The notes under the pieces are model-generated. The model was given only the letters and a program-made list of their open reading frames with translations, made no database searches and was not told the origin of the DNA. Positions 35,594 to 43,602 of a stretch of 64,000 bases of DNA are shown one piece after another. How positions within the stretch are numbered: position 1 is the stretch's first letter; the number at the start of each line of letters is the position of its first letter. The stretch comes from a virus (Duplodnaviria > Caudoviricetes), in the IMG/VR virus record IMGVR_UViG_3300010352_001202; one strand, given 5' to 3'. Made by a program: the position numbers and the translations under genes.

Positions 35594-36105
35594 AAGTTAA
35601 CATGTATGGTCAAGCCATACTATCTAGTGAAAATTTAAGGGATCTGCTGCTACAAGGAAAAAATATAAGTCACTTGAATGTTGTGTTTGATGATGAGATT
35701 GAGTTATTCCAGAAATATCAATCGGAACTATTACACGACACAATTACATTCCTTGATGCACCAGAGGAGAAGTTATCCTTTGATGAGTTTCATCAACAAT
35801 GTGCCGAAGAATGGATTTTTCCCGAAATTTACCAGCAAATCGATGTTTTAAAATGGTTACTTGATAAATGTAAGACGCAGCAGGAAAGAGATCGTGTAAA
35901 CGAAGAATATAAACTGTATGAAGAGCGTGATTTAATTATGCTTCTAAGATTGTTTATATTTCTTGTAGATTACATGAGAAAGAATAAGTTTTTATGGGGT
36001 GTAGGAAGAGGCTCAAGTGTAGCATCCTATGTCTTATATTTAATTGGTGTACACAGAGTAGATTCGTTAAAATACGGTCTCGAAATTAAAGATTATCTAA
36101 AATAG
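35569..36105 (+). CDS. DNA polymerase III alpha (DnaE)-like fragment
   Basis: RVNEEY..LVDYMRKN...WGVGRGSSVASYVLYLIGVHRVDSLKYGL; ends before the catalytic PDxDxD motif. Confidence 0.8.
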   Translation: MDSSKNGVKVNMYGQAILSSENLRDLLLQGKNISHLNVVFDDEIELFQKYQSELLHDTITFLDAPEEKLSFDEFHQQCAEEWIFPEIYQQIDVLKWLLDKCKTQQERDRVNEEYKLYEERDLIMLLRLFIFLVDYMRKNKFLWGVGRGSSVASYVLYLIGVHRVDSLKYGLEIKDYLK

Positions 36106-36116
36106 GGAACAAGAAT

Positions 36117-36497
36117 ATGAGTAGACATGTATCATATAGAGGAGTTGCAATTGATATGGACTCTTTGAGCAGGGAGAACGAAAAAGTTCCTGCGATTGGC
36201 AATATGCGAGTAAACGCAAAAGGCGATCAAATTTCGGGCGGCAAGGTAACAAAAACCGCAGATCAGATTGCTAGAGAAAATCACAGAGTTCAGTCTGCTG
36301 TAGTTAATACTGGTCTAAAGGGAAAGCAACCTGTTGCTCCTACTCCTGTATTAGAGGCACCTAAGGCTACTCCTATTCAGACAAAGCCTGCTCCGTCAGC
36401 AGTTGCAGCACCAGCAAGGGCTGCTCCTAAGATGGTCGAGCGCGAATTGCCAAACGGCGACATCGTAATGGAAGAAGATTCAACTAAGAAAGAATAA
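36117..36497 (+). CDS. Hypothetical protein
   Basis: SYRGVAIDM...PAIGNMRVNAKGD. Confidence 0.7.
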   Translation: MSRHVSYRGVAIDMDSLSRENEKVPAIGNMRVNAKGDQISGGKVTKTADQIARENHRVQSAVVNTGLKGKQPVAPTPVLEAPKATPIQTKPAPSAVAAPARAAPKMVERELPNGDIVMEEDSTKKE

Positions 36498-36499
36498 GT

Positions 36500-36856
36500 A
36501 TGAAAGCTAAAGCACTCAAAGGAAAAGTTCTTGTTACAGATTTAGAACGCGGTAGTCGCGTTCTAAGGGGTATTATTTTACCTGACGACAATGGCAAGAG
36601 CGAAGGTATCCGTCCCCGTTGGGGAAAGGTCTATTCTGTCGGCGAAGACATTACCGATATTGTACCCGGGCAGTGGATACTTGTTGAGAACGGCCGATGG
36701 ACCAGAATGCTTAAGGTTAAGCAGGATGACGGTTCAGAACTTCAAATGTGGGGCGTTGAGTGGCCCAAGTCTGTAATGCTTGTTTCGGACGAAGATCCCG
36801 AAGTAGAAATCTTCTCTGAGTTTGTACAAGCAAACGAACGCGGCCAAGTTTACTGA
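36500..36856 (+). CDS. GroES-like co-chaperonin
   Basis: KALKGKVLV, GIILPD, GKVYSVG, DIVPGQWILV. Confidence 0.75.
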   Translation: MKAKALKGKVLVTDLERGSRVLRGIILPDDNGKSEGIRPRWGKVYSVGEDITDIVPGQWILVENGRWTRMLKVKQDDGSELQMWGVEWPKSVMLVSDEDPEVEIFSEFVQANERGQVY

Positions 36857-36870
36857 TTGTTTTGCGAAAA

Positions 36871-36902
36871 TATTGCATATCCTCACAGATATGCAATACA
36901 CT
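36871..36902 (+). promoter_or_regulatory. 11-bp inverted repeat overlapping a probable promoter
   Basis: TATTGCATATC-CTCACA-GATATGCAATA; TTGCAT-18-TACACT. Confidence 0.55.
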
Positions 36903-36933
36903 TGCCTTAACACTAGTTACGAAAGAATAACGA

Positions 36934-37869
36934 ATGAAACAGCTTTGGACTGAGCAATACCGACCTACCTCTATTAAAGACTATGTCTTTAAAGACGGAA
37001 AACAAAAGAGACAAATCGAGCAATGGATTTCTGGCGGAGCACTTCCGCATATGCTTTTATCTGGTGCTCCTGGCACAGGTAAAACAACCCTTGCTAAAGT
37101 TCTATTAAACGAACTAGGTGTTGATCCATTTGATATTAAAGAAGTGAACGCTTCTAAAGATAACAATGTAGACTTCATTCGTGATAGTATTACACGGTTT
37201 GCTGAAACAATGGGCGTAGGCGAAATCAAATATGTATTACTCGACGAGGCAGATTATCTAACTATTAATGCGCAGGCTGTATTGCGCAATACCATGGAAA
37301 GATATGCAAGCACGGTTAGATTTATTCTGACTTGCAATTATCCCCACAAGATTATTCCTGCGATTCAGTCACGCACTGAAACAGGGCGCATGGACATTAG
37401 CAAGCTAGACAAAGACGAGTTTACTCTGCGGCTTGTTAACATTTTAACACTGGAAAACATCGAGTTCGACATGGACATTGTCGACACTATGGTCCAGGCA
37501 GCTTACCCAGACCTGCGTAGGGGAATTAGCTTGATTCAGGCGAACTCCTTTAATGGTCAGCTTCAATTACCTGACAACAGCGAGACCGTTAGCGATTATA
37601 AGATCGATATGGTCGCTTTATTTAAAGCAGGCAAGTATAAAGAAGCACGACAGCTTATTTGTACACAAGTAGGCCAAGAAGAATACGAAGACATCTTTAA
37701 ATTCATGTATCAAAACCTTGAGATTTGGGGTGACGACGATGTTAAGGAAGGCAAGTGTATTCTTGCAATTAGAGATGGATTGGTAAAGCACACAAGTTGT
37801 GCGGATGTAGAAATTAACCTTTCAGCTACACTGTGCGAGCTGGAAATGATCGCAAAGGGCGTTTTATGA
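36934..37869 (+). CDS. Sliding-clamp loader AAA+ subunit (T4 gp44/RFC-small-like)
   Basis: LWTEQYRP, GAPGTGKTT, EVNAS, LDEAD, FILTCNY, IQSR, PDLR. Confidence 0.93.
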   Translation: MKQLWTEQYRPTSIKDYVFKDGKQKRQIEQWISGGALPHMLLSGAPGTGKTTLAKVLLNELGVDPFDIKEVNASKDNNVDFIRDSITRFAETMGVGEIKYVLLDEADYLTINAQAVLRNTMERYASTVRFILTCNYPHKIIPAIQSRTETGRMDISKLDKDEFTLRLVNILTLENIEFDMDIVDTMVQAAYPDLRRGISLIQANSFNGQLQLPDNSETVSDYKIDMVALFKAGKYKEARQLICTQVGQEEYEDIFKFMYQNLEIWGDDDVKEGKCILAIRDGLVKHTSCADVEINLSATLCELEMIAKGVL

Positions 37870-38225
37870 GCAAAGAAAAAGTATTCATCGTTTTATCACA
37901 CAAGCATAACCTTAAGAAGGGTACTCGTGATGAATGGGAAGTTACGGAAACTGTTGAGTTTGTAAACCAACTCCGTAATAAGCACACAACAATGTCCAGT
38001 GCCATCGGCGATTATTTGAATAGAAAGATGTTGTCGGGCTCCCGCGTAGGAATGGGCGATTACGAAAAGTTCGAAGAGTATATTCGTAAGAAGTATCCTA
38101 AGCAATTGGGAGAACTCGATGCAGCTTATCGTGAAAAACAAGTTGTCATTGAACAGCCGGTATCTGATCTTATTACAGATGAGTTTGGCAATCTGCGTCC
38201 CAGAACGGTTTTTGACACAGTATGA
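37866..38225 (+). CDS. Hypothetical protein
   Basis: ATGA overlap; FEEYIRKKYPKQ. Confidence 0.65.
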   Translation: MSKEKVFIVLSHKHNLKKGTRDEWEVTETVEFVNQLRNKHTTMSSAIGDYLNRKMLSGSRVGMGDYEKFEEYIRKKYPKQLGELDAAYREKQVVIEQPVSDLITDEFGNLRPRTVFDTV

Positions 38226-38824
38226 AACAAAAAATCATACTAACAGACGCCGATGGCGTTCTTGTAGACTGGAACAACGGATTCCGTAGATTTATGGAAT
38301 CCAAGGGCCATCCGCAATTACCGGACACCGATAATGATTATAGTATGGCTGTTCGACACGGAATTACAATTCCGCAAGCGCAGGCATACATTAAGGAATA
38401 CAACGAAGGACCGATGATTGCCGAACTCGATGCATTTGCTGATGCAATTAAAGGTGTTAAAGAATTAGCATCTTTAGGTTTCAGGTTCACTGTTGTTACG
38501 AGCATTAGCAGCCATCCGGATGCTAAGGTTTATAGAACACAAAACCTAAAGGCTTTATTCGGCGATGTGTTTGATGAGATCCATTGCATTGAAATGGGCG
38601 CAAGCAAAGCCCACATTCTGTTAAGCAACTGGGCCGGTACAGGATATTTCTGGATCGAGGATCATATGCGTCAGGCAGAAGCAGGATGGGAAGCAGGACT
38701 GAAAACTGTGCTGATTAATCATCCCTACAATGCACACTATAAGACTGATTTGTTTCCAAGGGTTAGTTACGAAACGCCCTGGGCAGAAATAGTTCAAATG
38801 GTTAAAAAAGAATATAACCTATAA
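38222..38824 (+). CDS. HAD-family 5'(3')-deoxyribonucleotidase-like (T4 gp30.2-like)
   Basis: ILTDADGVLVDW, VVTS, FWIED, HPYN. Confidence 0.85.
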   Translation: MKQKIILTDADGVLVDWNNGFRRFMESKGHPQLPDTDNDYSMAVRHGITIPQAQAYIKEYNEGPMIAELDAFADAIKGVKELASLGFRFTVVTSISSHPDAKVYRTQNLKALFGDVFDEIHCIEMGASKAHILLSNWAGTGYFWIEDHMRQAEAGWEAGLKTVLINHPYNAHYKTDLFPRVSYETPWAEIVQMVKKEYNL

Positions 38825-38826
38825 TC

Positions 38827-39321
38827 ATGGCAAAACCTTATGTGTATCGGTGTGAGCATAAGGAAACTAAGCGATTCTATATAGGATATAGAGAAGCCAA
38901 CCATTTTCCTGCATATTTAGATTTCGGAACACACTACTTTACAAGTTCTATTGAAGTTAGCAATAATTTCAAAGATTATACATACGAAATACTTGCAGAA
39001 TTCACTGAGCCAAAGACAGCATTTGAAATTGAGCAAATGCTTATATACAAATCAAGAAACAATCCATTGCTAATTAACCAGCATTGGAAAACAACTGTTG
39101 TATCTATCGATGAATTAAAAACTCTAAGATATTTTAAGGAACATGTAGTCAAATATAGTAAGGTTAATGGAAATCCTTACCTTGCCAGAAAGAAAAAGAA
39201 AAAGAAAAAACTGCGCATACTAACCGAGGCCGAAAGGTTAGGACGGTCTGATGCCGAATGGATGCAAAGAAGGAAAGAAAAAAGAATTAGAAGAGAGCAA
39301 AAGAAATTACTCTCTAAATAA
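38827..39321 (+). CDS. Small GIY-YIG-like nuclease with Lys/Arg-rich C-terminal tail
   Basis: PYVYR...FYIGYR, DFGTHYFTSS, AFEIEQMLI, NPLLIN; tail RKKKKKKKLR...RRKEKRIRREQKK. Confidence 0.7.
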   Translation: MAKPYVYRCEHKETKRFYIGYREANHFPAYLDFGTHYFTSSIEVSNNFKDYTYEILAEFTEPKTAFEIEQMLIYKSRNNPLLINQHWKTTVVSIDELKTLRYFKEHVVKYSKVNGNPYLARKKKKKKKLRILTEAERLGRSDAEWMQRRKEKRIRREQKKLLSK

Positions 39322-39325
39322 TTAT

Positions 39326-39810
39326 GAAGCTGTAAGGTTGGTGCGCCTAATTAAAATTGCACTGGCGCATAGCTCGGAATGGAGCTCGATGGTCAAGCCG
39401 AACTTTATTGGTACGGTTATCCCGTGGGCTTCCACGATTAGGGCATGGTGTTATCAGAGTACATAACTCTGATCATCAAAGTATGTGGAATCCACAGAAA
39501 TTAACACCAGATAAAAATAAGTTCGCTATCGGTATGTGAAAGAAAGGTATGGCCGATAGATTGCGTTACAAGCGACTGAAATGCGAGTAACATATGCAAT
39601 GACTCGAAAGAGCCCATCAACGATTTCCATATGGTTGCAGTTAGACATAATCAATCCGACACTGCGTAAAGTTGTTTTTCAGTCTGTGGCGATGCCTGTC
39701 AGGTGAGTTGAAATTCCAAATTTTTATTTGGGTGTTTTGACGATACCCTTTCTGTGGACTCCACCGTCAGGTACCAAATACTCTCATATTCCGCATTATG
39801 CCACATATGC
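39326..39810 (+). ncRNA. Putative large structured non-coding RNA (strand inferred)
   Basis: ~530-bp gap with no credible ORF; more than 12 nested helices and a pseudoknot GACTGAAA(39574)/TTTCAGTC(39677); GAAA tetraloop and G-U pairs favour the + strand. Confidence 0.7.
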
Positions 39811-39882
39811 AATGTTCTGATTTATGTGCATACACAATATTGTTCACTCTCATAATAAATATATCATTCAGAGGATTATATT

Positions 39883-40200
39883 ATGGCAGTCATGCAAACA
39901 GTCAAGGACAACCCAGGGAAACTTCTACTAGGATCAGCCGGATCAGTTATTGCTATTGTGACCGCATTATTTGCAGTAGATGCACGATACGCTCACGCAG
40001 CGGATGTTGAGAAGAACAAAGCGGAAACCCACATAATTATTAGAGAAACGACTGCCAATTTACGAAAGCAGATGCTTGAAGACAAACTATTCGAAATTGA
40101 TGTAAAAGAAGCACAAACAAAACTATCTCCTGTCGAGATGGCTATGAAAGAAAGATATAAGCGTCAAATAAAAGAAATAACAAGAGACAGCAGCAAATAA
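39883..40200 (+). CDS. Membrane-anchored coiled-coil late protein
   Basis: One N-terminal TM, VDARYAHA; AATAAATA at 39854. Confidence 0.7.
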   Translation: MAVMQTVKDNPGKLLLGSAGSVIAIVTALFAVDARYAHAADVEKNKAETHIIIRETTANLRKQMLEDKLFEIDVKEAQTKLSPVEMAMKERYKRQIKEITRDSSK

Positions 40201-40203
40201 ACA

Positions 40204-40228
40204 AAAAGGGCCTATACGGCCCTTTTTT
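40204..40228. terminator. Bidirectional intrinsic terminator
   Basis: AAAAAGGGCC-TATAC-GGCCCTTTTTT between convergent genes. Confidence 0.85.
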
Positions 40229-40244
40229 ACTGTATCACCCCTGT

Positions 40245-41000
40245 TTAATCATCTTCCCCGTAAATCTCTAGAACTTCAGCAACAAGCGGATCACGCTCAA
40301 TGTGTTCGCGTTTGAACACACATACTGCCATTGATCTCTTATTGTTTAATGCTAGTCTTTCTAGAAAGTCCTTAAGTCCGTTTTTATCAAAGCCACGATC
40401 ATGTTGCTTTAAGTCACCAGTGATAACCATGCTACTATTCTCACCGATACGAGTTAATAGCATTTTGGTTTGGTCTGGTGTAGCATTTTGCATTTCGTCA
40501 GCAATGATGTACGAGTTCTTAAATGTTCTACCACGCATGAAGCCTAATGGTGCAATTTCAATTGAACCTTCTTCTAGCATACGCTTTGTTTCTTGTAATC
40601 CATAATATTCTTCGAACACGTCAAAAATAGGTCTTGTCCAAGGTTCCATTTTCGCATTCAAATCGCCTGGTAAAAATCCGTGCTTCTCGTCTACGCTAAC
40701 AGCTGGTCTTGTTAGAATAATTTTAGTAATTTCCCCTTCTCTTAGTGCCTTGATTGCTCGCAGAACTGCTAGTAATGTCTTGCCTGTACCTGCAGGTCCT
40801 ACTGCAAATACCATGCGTTTTTCTAGCAATTGTTCTACATAATTTTCCTGTGCTGTATTACGAGGGATCATCTCAACTCTCTTGTAATTTCTATTTCCCA
40901 ACTTGACTACATTAGTAGTCTGCTGATCATCATGCTGATATTGGCGTGGTGAACGAGATTGTGGCGAAGACTTAGCCGCCATTTTGCGATTTTTGCTCAA
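40245..41000 (-). CDS. phoH: PhoH family ATPase
   Basis: GPAGTGKT, ILTRPAV, GFLPGDL, FMRGRTF, ADEMQN, ITGDLKQHD; probable TTG start at 41000 with SD AAGGAG. Confidence 0.95.
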   Translation of the reverse strand: MSKNRKMAAKSSPQSRSPRQYQHDDQQTTNVVKLGNRNYKRVEMIPRNTAQENYVEQLLEKRMVFAVGPAGTGKTLLAVLRAIKALREGEITKIILTRPAVSVDEKHGFLPGDLNAKMEPWTRPIFDVFEEYYGLQETKRMLEEGSIEIAPLGFMRGRTFKNSYIIADEMQNATPDQTKMLLTRIGENSSMVITGDLKQHDRGFDKNGLKDFLERLALNNKRSMAVCVFKREHIERDPLVAEVLEIYGEDD

Positions 41001-41206
41001 GGTTATGCTCCTTACTGAGTTGTTTTTTTGGTGTGATGGATTGCTGAACAGGAATTGTTCATCCGGAGGAACGACGATAGATCTATCGCGTGTATTTGTC
41101 ATACCAGATATTTATGTGATTGCGATAATATTGTACTGGAAAGGCGGGTCTTTCAAAACTTTAGAAATCTTATTGAATACTGATAAATAATCAAAACGAG
41201 GTGAGA

Positions 41207-41779
41207 ATGAGTACCGATTTAGACACCATTAAGCAGACGCTAGTAAACATTTCCAAGGGTAACGATATCCTCGACACCCTACTTGAGTTTGAAAGAACAC
41301 TAGACAATGCTGAATTATTTGCATATAAAAATTGGATCTTGGGCGAACTCGTCGAAGGTCCGACTATTAGTCGTTACTGGTACAAGACTGTATGGATGTA
41401 TCCATATGCTATGATGCCAGATCCAAACGGCGGTTTACGCCTACGCAAGATCGGAGCTAATGTTAGCTTCAAGAAGGGCGTGTTTAAGAAGCCTGTAAAA
41501 GTGGAAGGACCACAGGACTGGGTTAACCCAGAATCAAAGAGGGCCAAAATGGCCGAACACGAAATTTGGCTCGTGACAATTGAATTGCCATTAAAGTATA
41601 TTAATCGTGGGCTGGAACAAACCGACGATATTATTCAAAGAGACATCGAAGATACGAATGCGGAAATTGCAGATGCTTATGAGGAAGAAATGCCAGAAGA
41701 GTCAGTTGATGATGGCACAGGCGGTGATATGTCCGCTGGTCCTACAAGTGAAATGCAGCCTCCAGAGGAAGAAGTATGA
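41207..41779 (+). CDS. Conserved late hypothetical protein
   Basis: LLEFERTLD...YKNWILGELVEGP, MPDPNGGLRL; GATAAATA 41182. Confidence 0.7.
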   Translation: MSTDLDTIKQTLVNISKGNDILDTLLEFERTLDNAELFAYKNWILGELVEGPTISRYWYKTVWMYPYAMMPDPNGGLRLRKIGANVSFKKGVFKKPVKVEGPQDWVNPESKRAKMAEHEIWLVTIELPLKYINRGLEQTDDIIQRDIEDTNAEIADAYEEEMPEESVDDGTGGDMSAGPTSEMQPPEEEV

Positions 41780-42531
41780 GCTTAAAGAATGGCGATCTAG
41801 CAGGTACTATCTTGCCTGATGTTTCTATTGACGAGTTTGAACCAAAAGCCGGCAGTAATGAAGATGTTATAGTAGTGGCTTTTTATCTCAACGACGAGGA
41901 ACCGGCGGAAGACCTTAACACATTCATCCAAAGAGGGTTTATCGACACCCTGGATGTTGAAGTAAGTCCCAATACAGATGAAGAAGGGCGCTATCTCGTC
42001 TTTGTCGAAATGTCGAGAGATGATACTTTTCCTCAAAAGTTCCAAGCGTTACTAAAGGACATTAATAATCTGGCAGGAGACAACACAGAGTGGAAGGTTA
42101 AAACCTACTTCTCAGAAGGTCAGTCTTTCTCGCCCGATGATCCTGCGCTATACAATTATGTTATTATTGATCCGGGCGACTATGTCCCAAAGGAAGACTT
42201 TAAAATGAAAGATATGACTGAAAACATCCAACATTTTTTTAGTGATTCCTATTTGGCTGGCTTGACTATTGATGGTAATATCGTTACACTAAGAGGTAAT
42301 AGTAAAAAGGTGGTCGCTGAAGTCGTTGACATTGGTGACTACGATACAGTGATAGGCAGAAACTTCTTAAGCGAATCTGCCTTTGGAATTAGTAATATAC
42401 CCATTGAGGCTAAAGTATTAAGCAGCATCTTAGGGAATTGCGATGTTCTACCACTTGGAAAATATCTTTTTGTCAATAGGGACGAGAGGGTAATGTTGCT
42501 TAAGAATACACAAATTGAATACGGGAAATAA
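41776..42531 (+). CDS. Hypothetical protein
   Basis: [17 protein letters not shown]...DLNTFIQRG. Confidence 0.7.
   Translation: MSLKNGDLAGTILPDVSIDEFEPKAGSNEDVIVVAFYLNDEEPAEDLNTFIQRGFIDTLDVEVSPNTDEEGRYLVFVEMSRDDTFPQKFQALLKDINNLAGDNTEWKVKTYFSEGQSFSPDDPALYNYVIIDPGDYVPKEDFKMKDMTENIQHFFSDSYLAGLTIDGNIVTLRGNSKKVVAEVVDIGDYDTVIGRNFLSESAFGISNIPIEAKVLSSILGNCDVLPLGKYLFVNRDERVMLLKNTQIEYGK
42262..42290 (+). promoter_or_regulatory. Intragenic sigma70-type promoter, possibly for infA-dnaJ-clpA
   Basis: TTGACT-17-TACACT, same boxes as the promoter at 24794. Confidence 0.45.
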
Positions 42532-42535
42532 CAAC

Positions 42536-42757
42536 TTGGCTAAAGACAATAATGACATGATTATCACTAAGGGTCGCGTAACTGATACCGCCCCTGGCGC
42601 TCGATTTAAAGTTAAACTGGAAAACGGGCATGTCTTGAATGCAGTTGTTAGTGGAAAAATCCGTAAGAACAATATCCAGATCATTCTCGATGATCTGGTT
42701 GAGATTGAGATGAGTCCATACGATCTAACTCTAGGTCGCATCACATATCGCTTCTAA
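42536..42757 (+). CDS. infA: Translation initiation factor IF-1
   Basis: (M)AKD..I..KGRV....[42 protein letters not shown]; TTG start. Confidence 0.95.
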   Translation: MAKDNNDMIITKGRVTDTAPGARFKVKLENGHVLNAVVSGKIRKNNIQIILDDLVEIEMSPYDLTLGRITYRF

Positions 42758-42769
42758 TAGAAAGCACAC

Positions 42770-43594
42770 ATGAGCGAACGAAATTTCTACGAGATTCTCG
42801 GTGTCCCAAAGTCTGCATCGGAAGATGACATCAAGAAAGCTTATCGCAAGCTAGCAAGTAAATACCATCCCGATAAACTCAGCGATGCCGAGAAGGTATC
42901 AGGTGAGGCAAAGTTCAAAGAGGCTAAAGAAGCCTACGAGACTTTATCCGACGAACAGAAGCGTGCCGCATACGATCAGCACGGGCACGCATCTACAGAT
43001 CCCAATTTTGGTAGATCTCACTTCCACGATTTCGAACAAGGTTTAAATCCAAACGATATTAACGAAATCTTCAGCACTATCTTTGGCGGTAGGAGCTTTA
43101 ATTTTGGTACAGGCGCACAAACACAACAGCGCCAACCTATGTACCAATTAAACATTTCGTTAATGGACGCATACATTGGCAGAACTGTAACACTAGAGGG
43201 CAACCTGACGGTAAATATCCCGAAGGGCGTTCGCTCTGGTACTAAGTTCTATGCCGGTGGCAAGCTGATCAGGATTGAAGTTGCACCGGATTCTAAATTC
43301 AAGCGTGCTAACGACGATTTGCTGGTTGATGTTGAGATCAGCGCAATCGAAGCCATACTAGGTGCCGAAGCAGTTCTTGAACATTTAGACGGCTCTAAAT
43401 TACAGTTTGCTATCCCCGGTGGTATTCAGCCCGGGCAGATAATCAAGTTGGGTGGCAAGGGGATGAGAAACCCCGAGAATGATAGATATGGCGATTTGTT
43501 AGTGCGCATCGCAATTACCATACCAAGGACACCAACACAGGAAGAAAGAGTTGCACTTAAATCTCTGAACCACAGAGCATCAATTACAATCTAA
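42770..43594 (+). CDS. dnaJ: DnaJ-family co-chaperone without Zn finger (CbpA-like)
   Basis: J domain with HPD, G/F region, DnaJ_C (LGGKGM, GDLLV). Confidence 0.92.
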   Translation: MSERNFYEILGVPKSASEDDIKKAYRKLASKYHPDKLSDAEKVSGEAKFKEAKEAYETLSDEQKRAAYDQHGHASTDPNFGRSHFHDFEQGLNPNDINEIFSTIFGGRSFNFGTGAQTQQRQPMYQLNISLMDAYIGRTVTLEGNLTVNIPKGVRSGTKFYAGGKLIRIEVAPDSKFKRANDDLLVDVEISAIEAILGAEAVLEHLDGSKLQFAIPGGIQPGQIIKLGGKGMRNPENDRYGDLLVRIAITIPRTPTQEERVALKSLNHRASITI

Positions 43595-43602
43595 GGAAAA
43601 CA

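Noticed and set aside
39251-39539. Short ORFs (71 and 60 aa) in the structured gap
   Set aside because: No SD or coupling, no protein-like motif; dense base-pairing explains the region better
39326-39810. Group I intron, tmRNA or RNase P identity for the structured region
   Set aside because: No interrupted host gene, no tRNA-like ends, no GAGGAAAGTCC core; GACTG/CAGTC only loosely resembles P7
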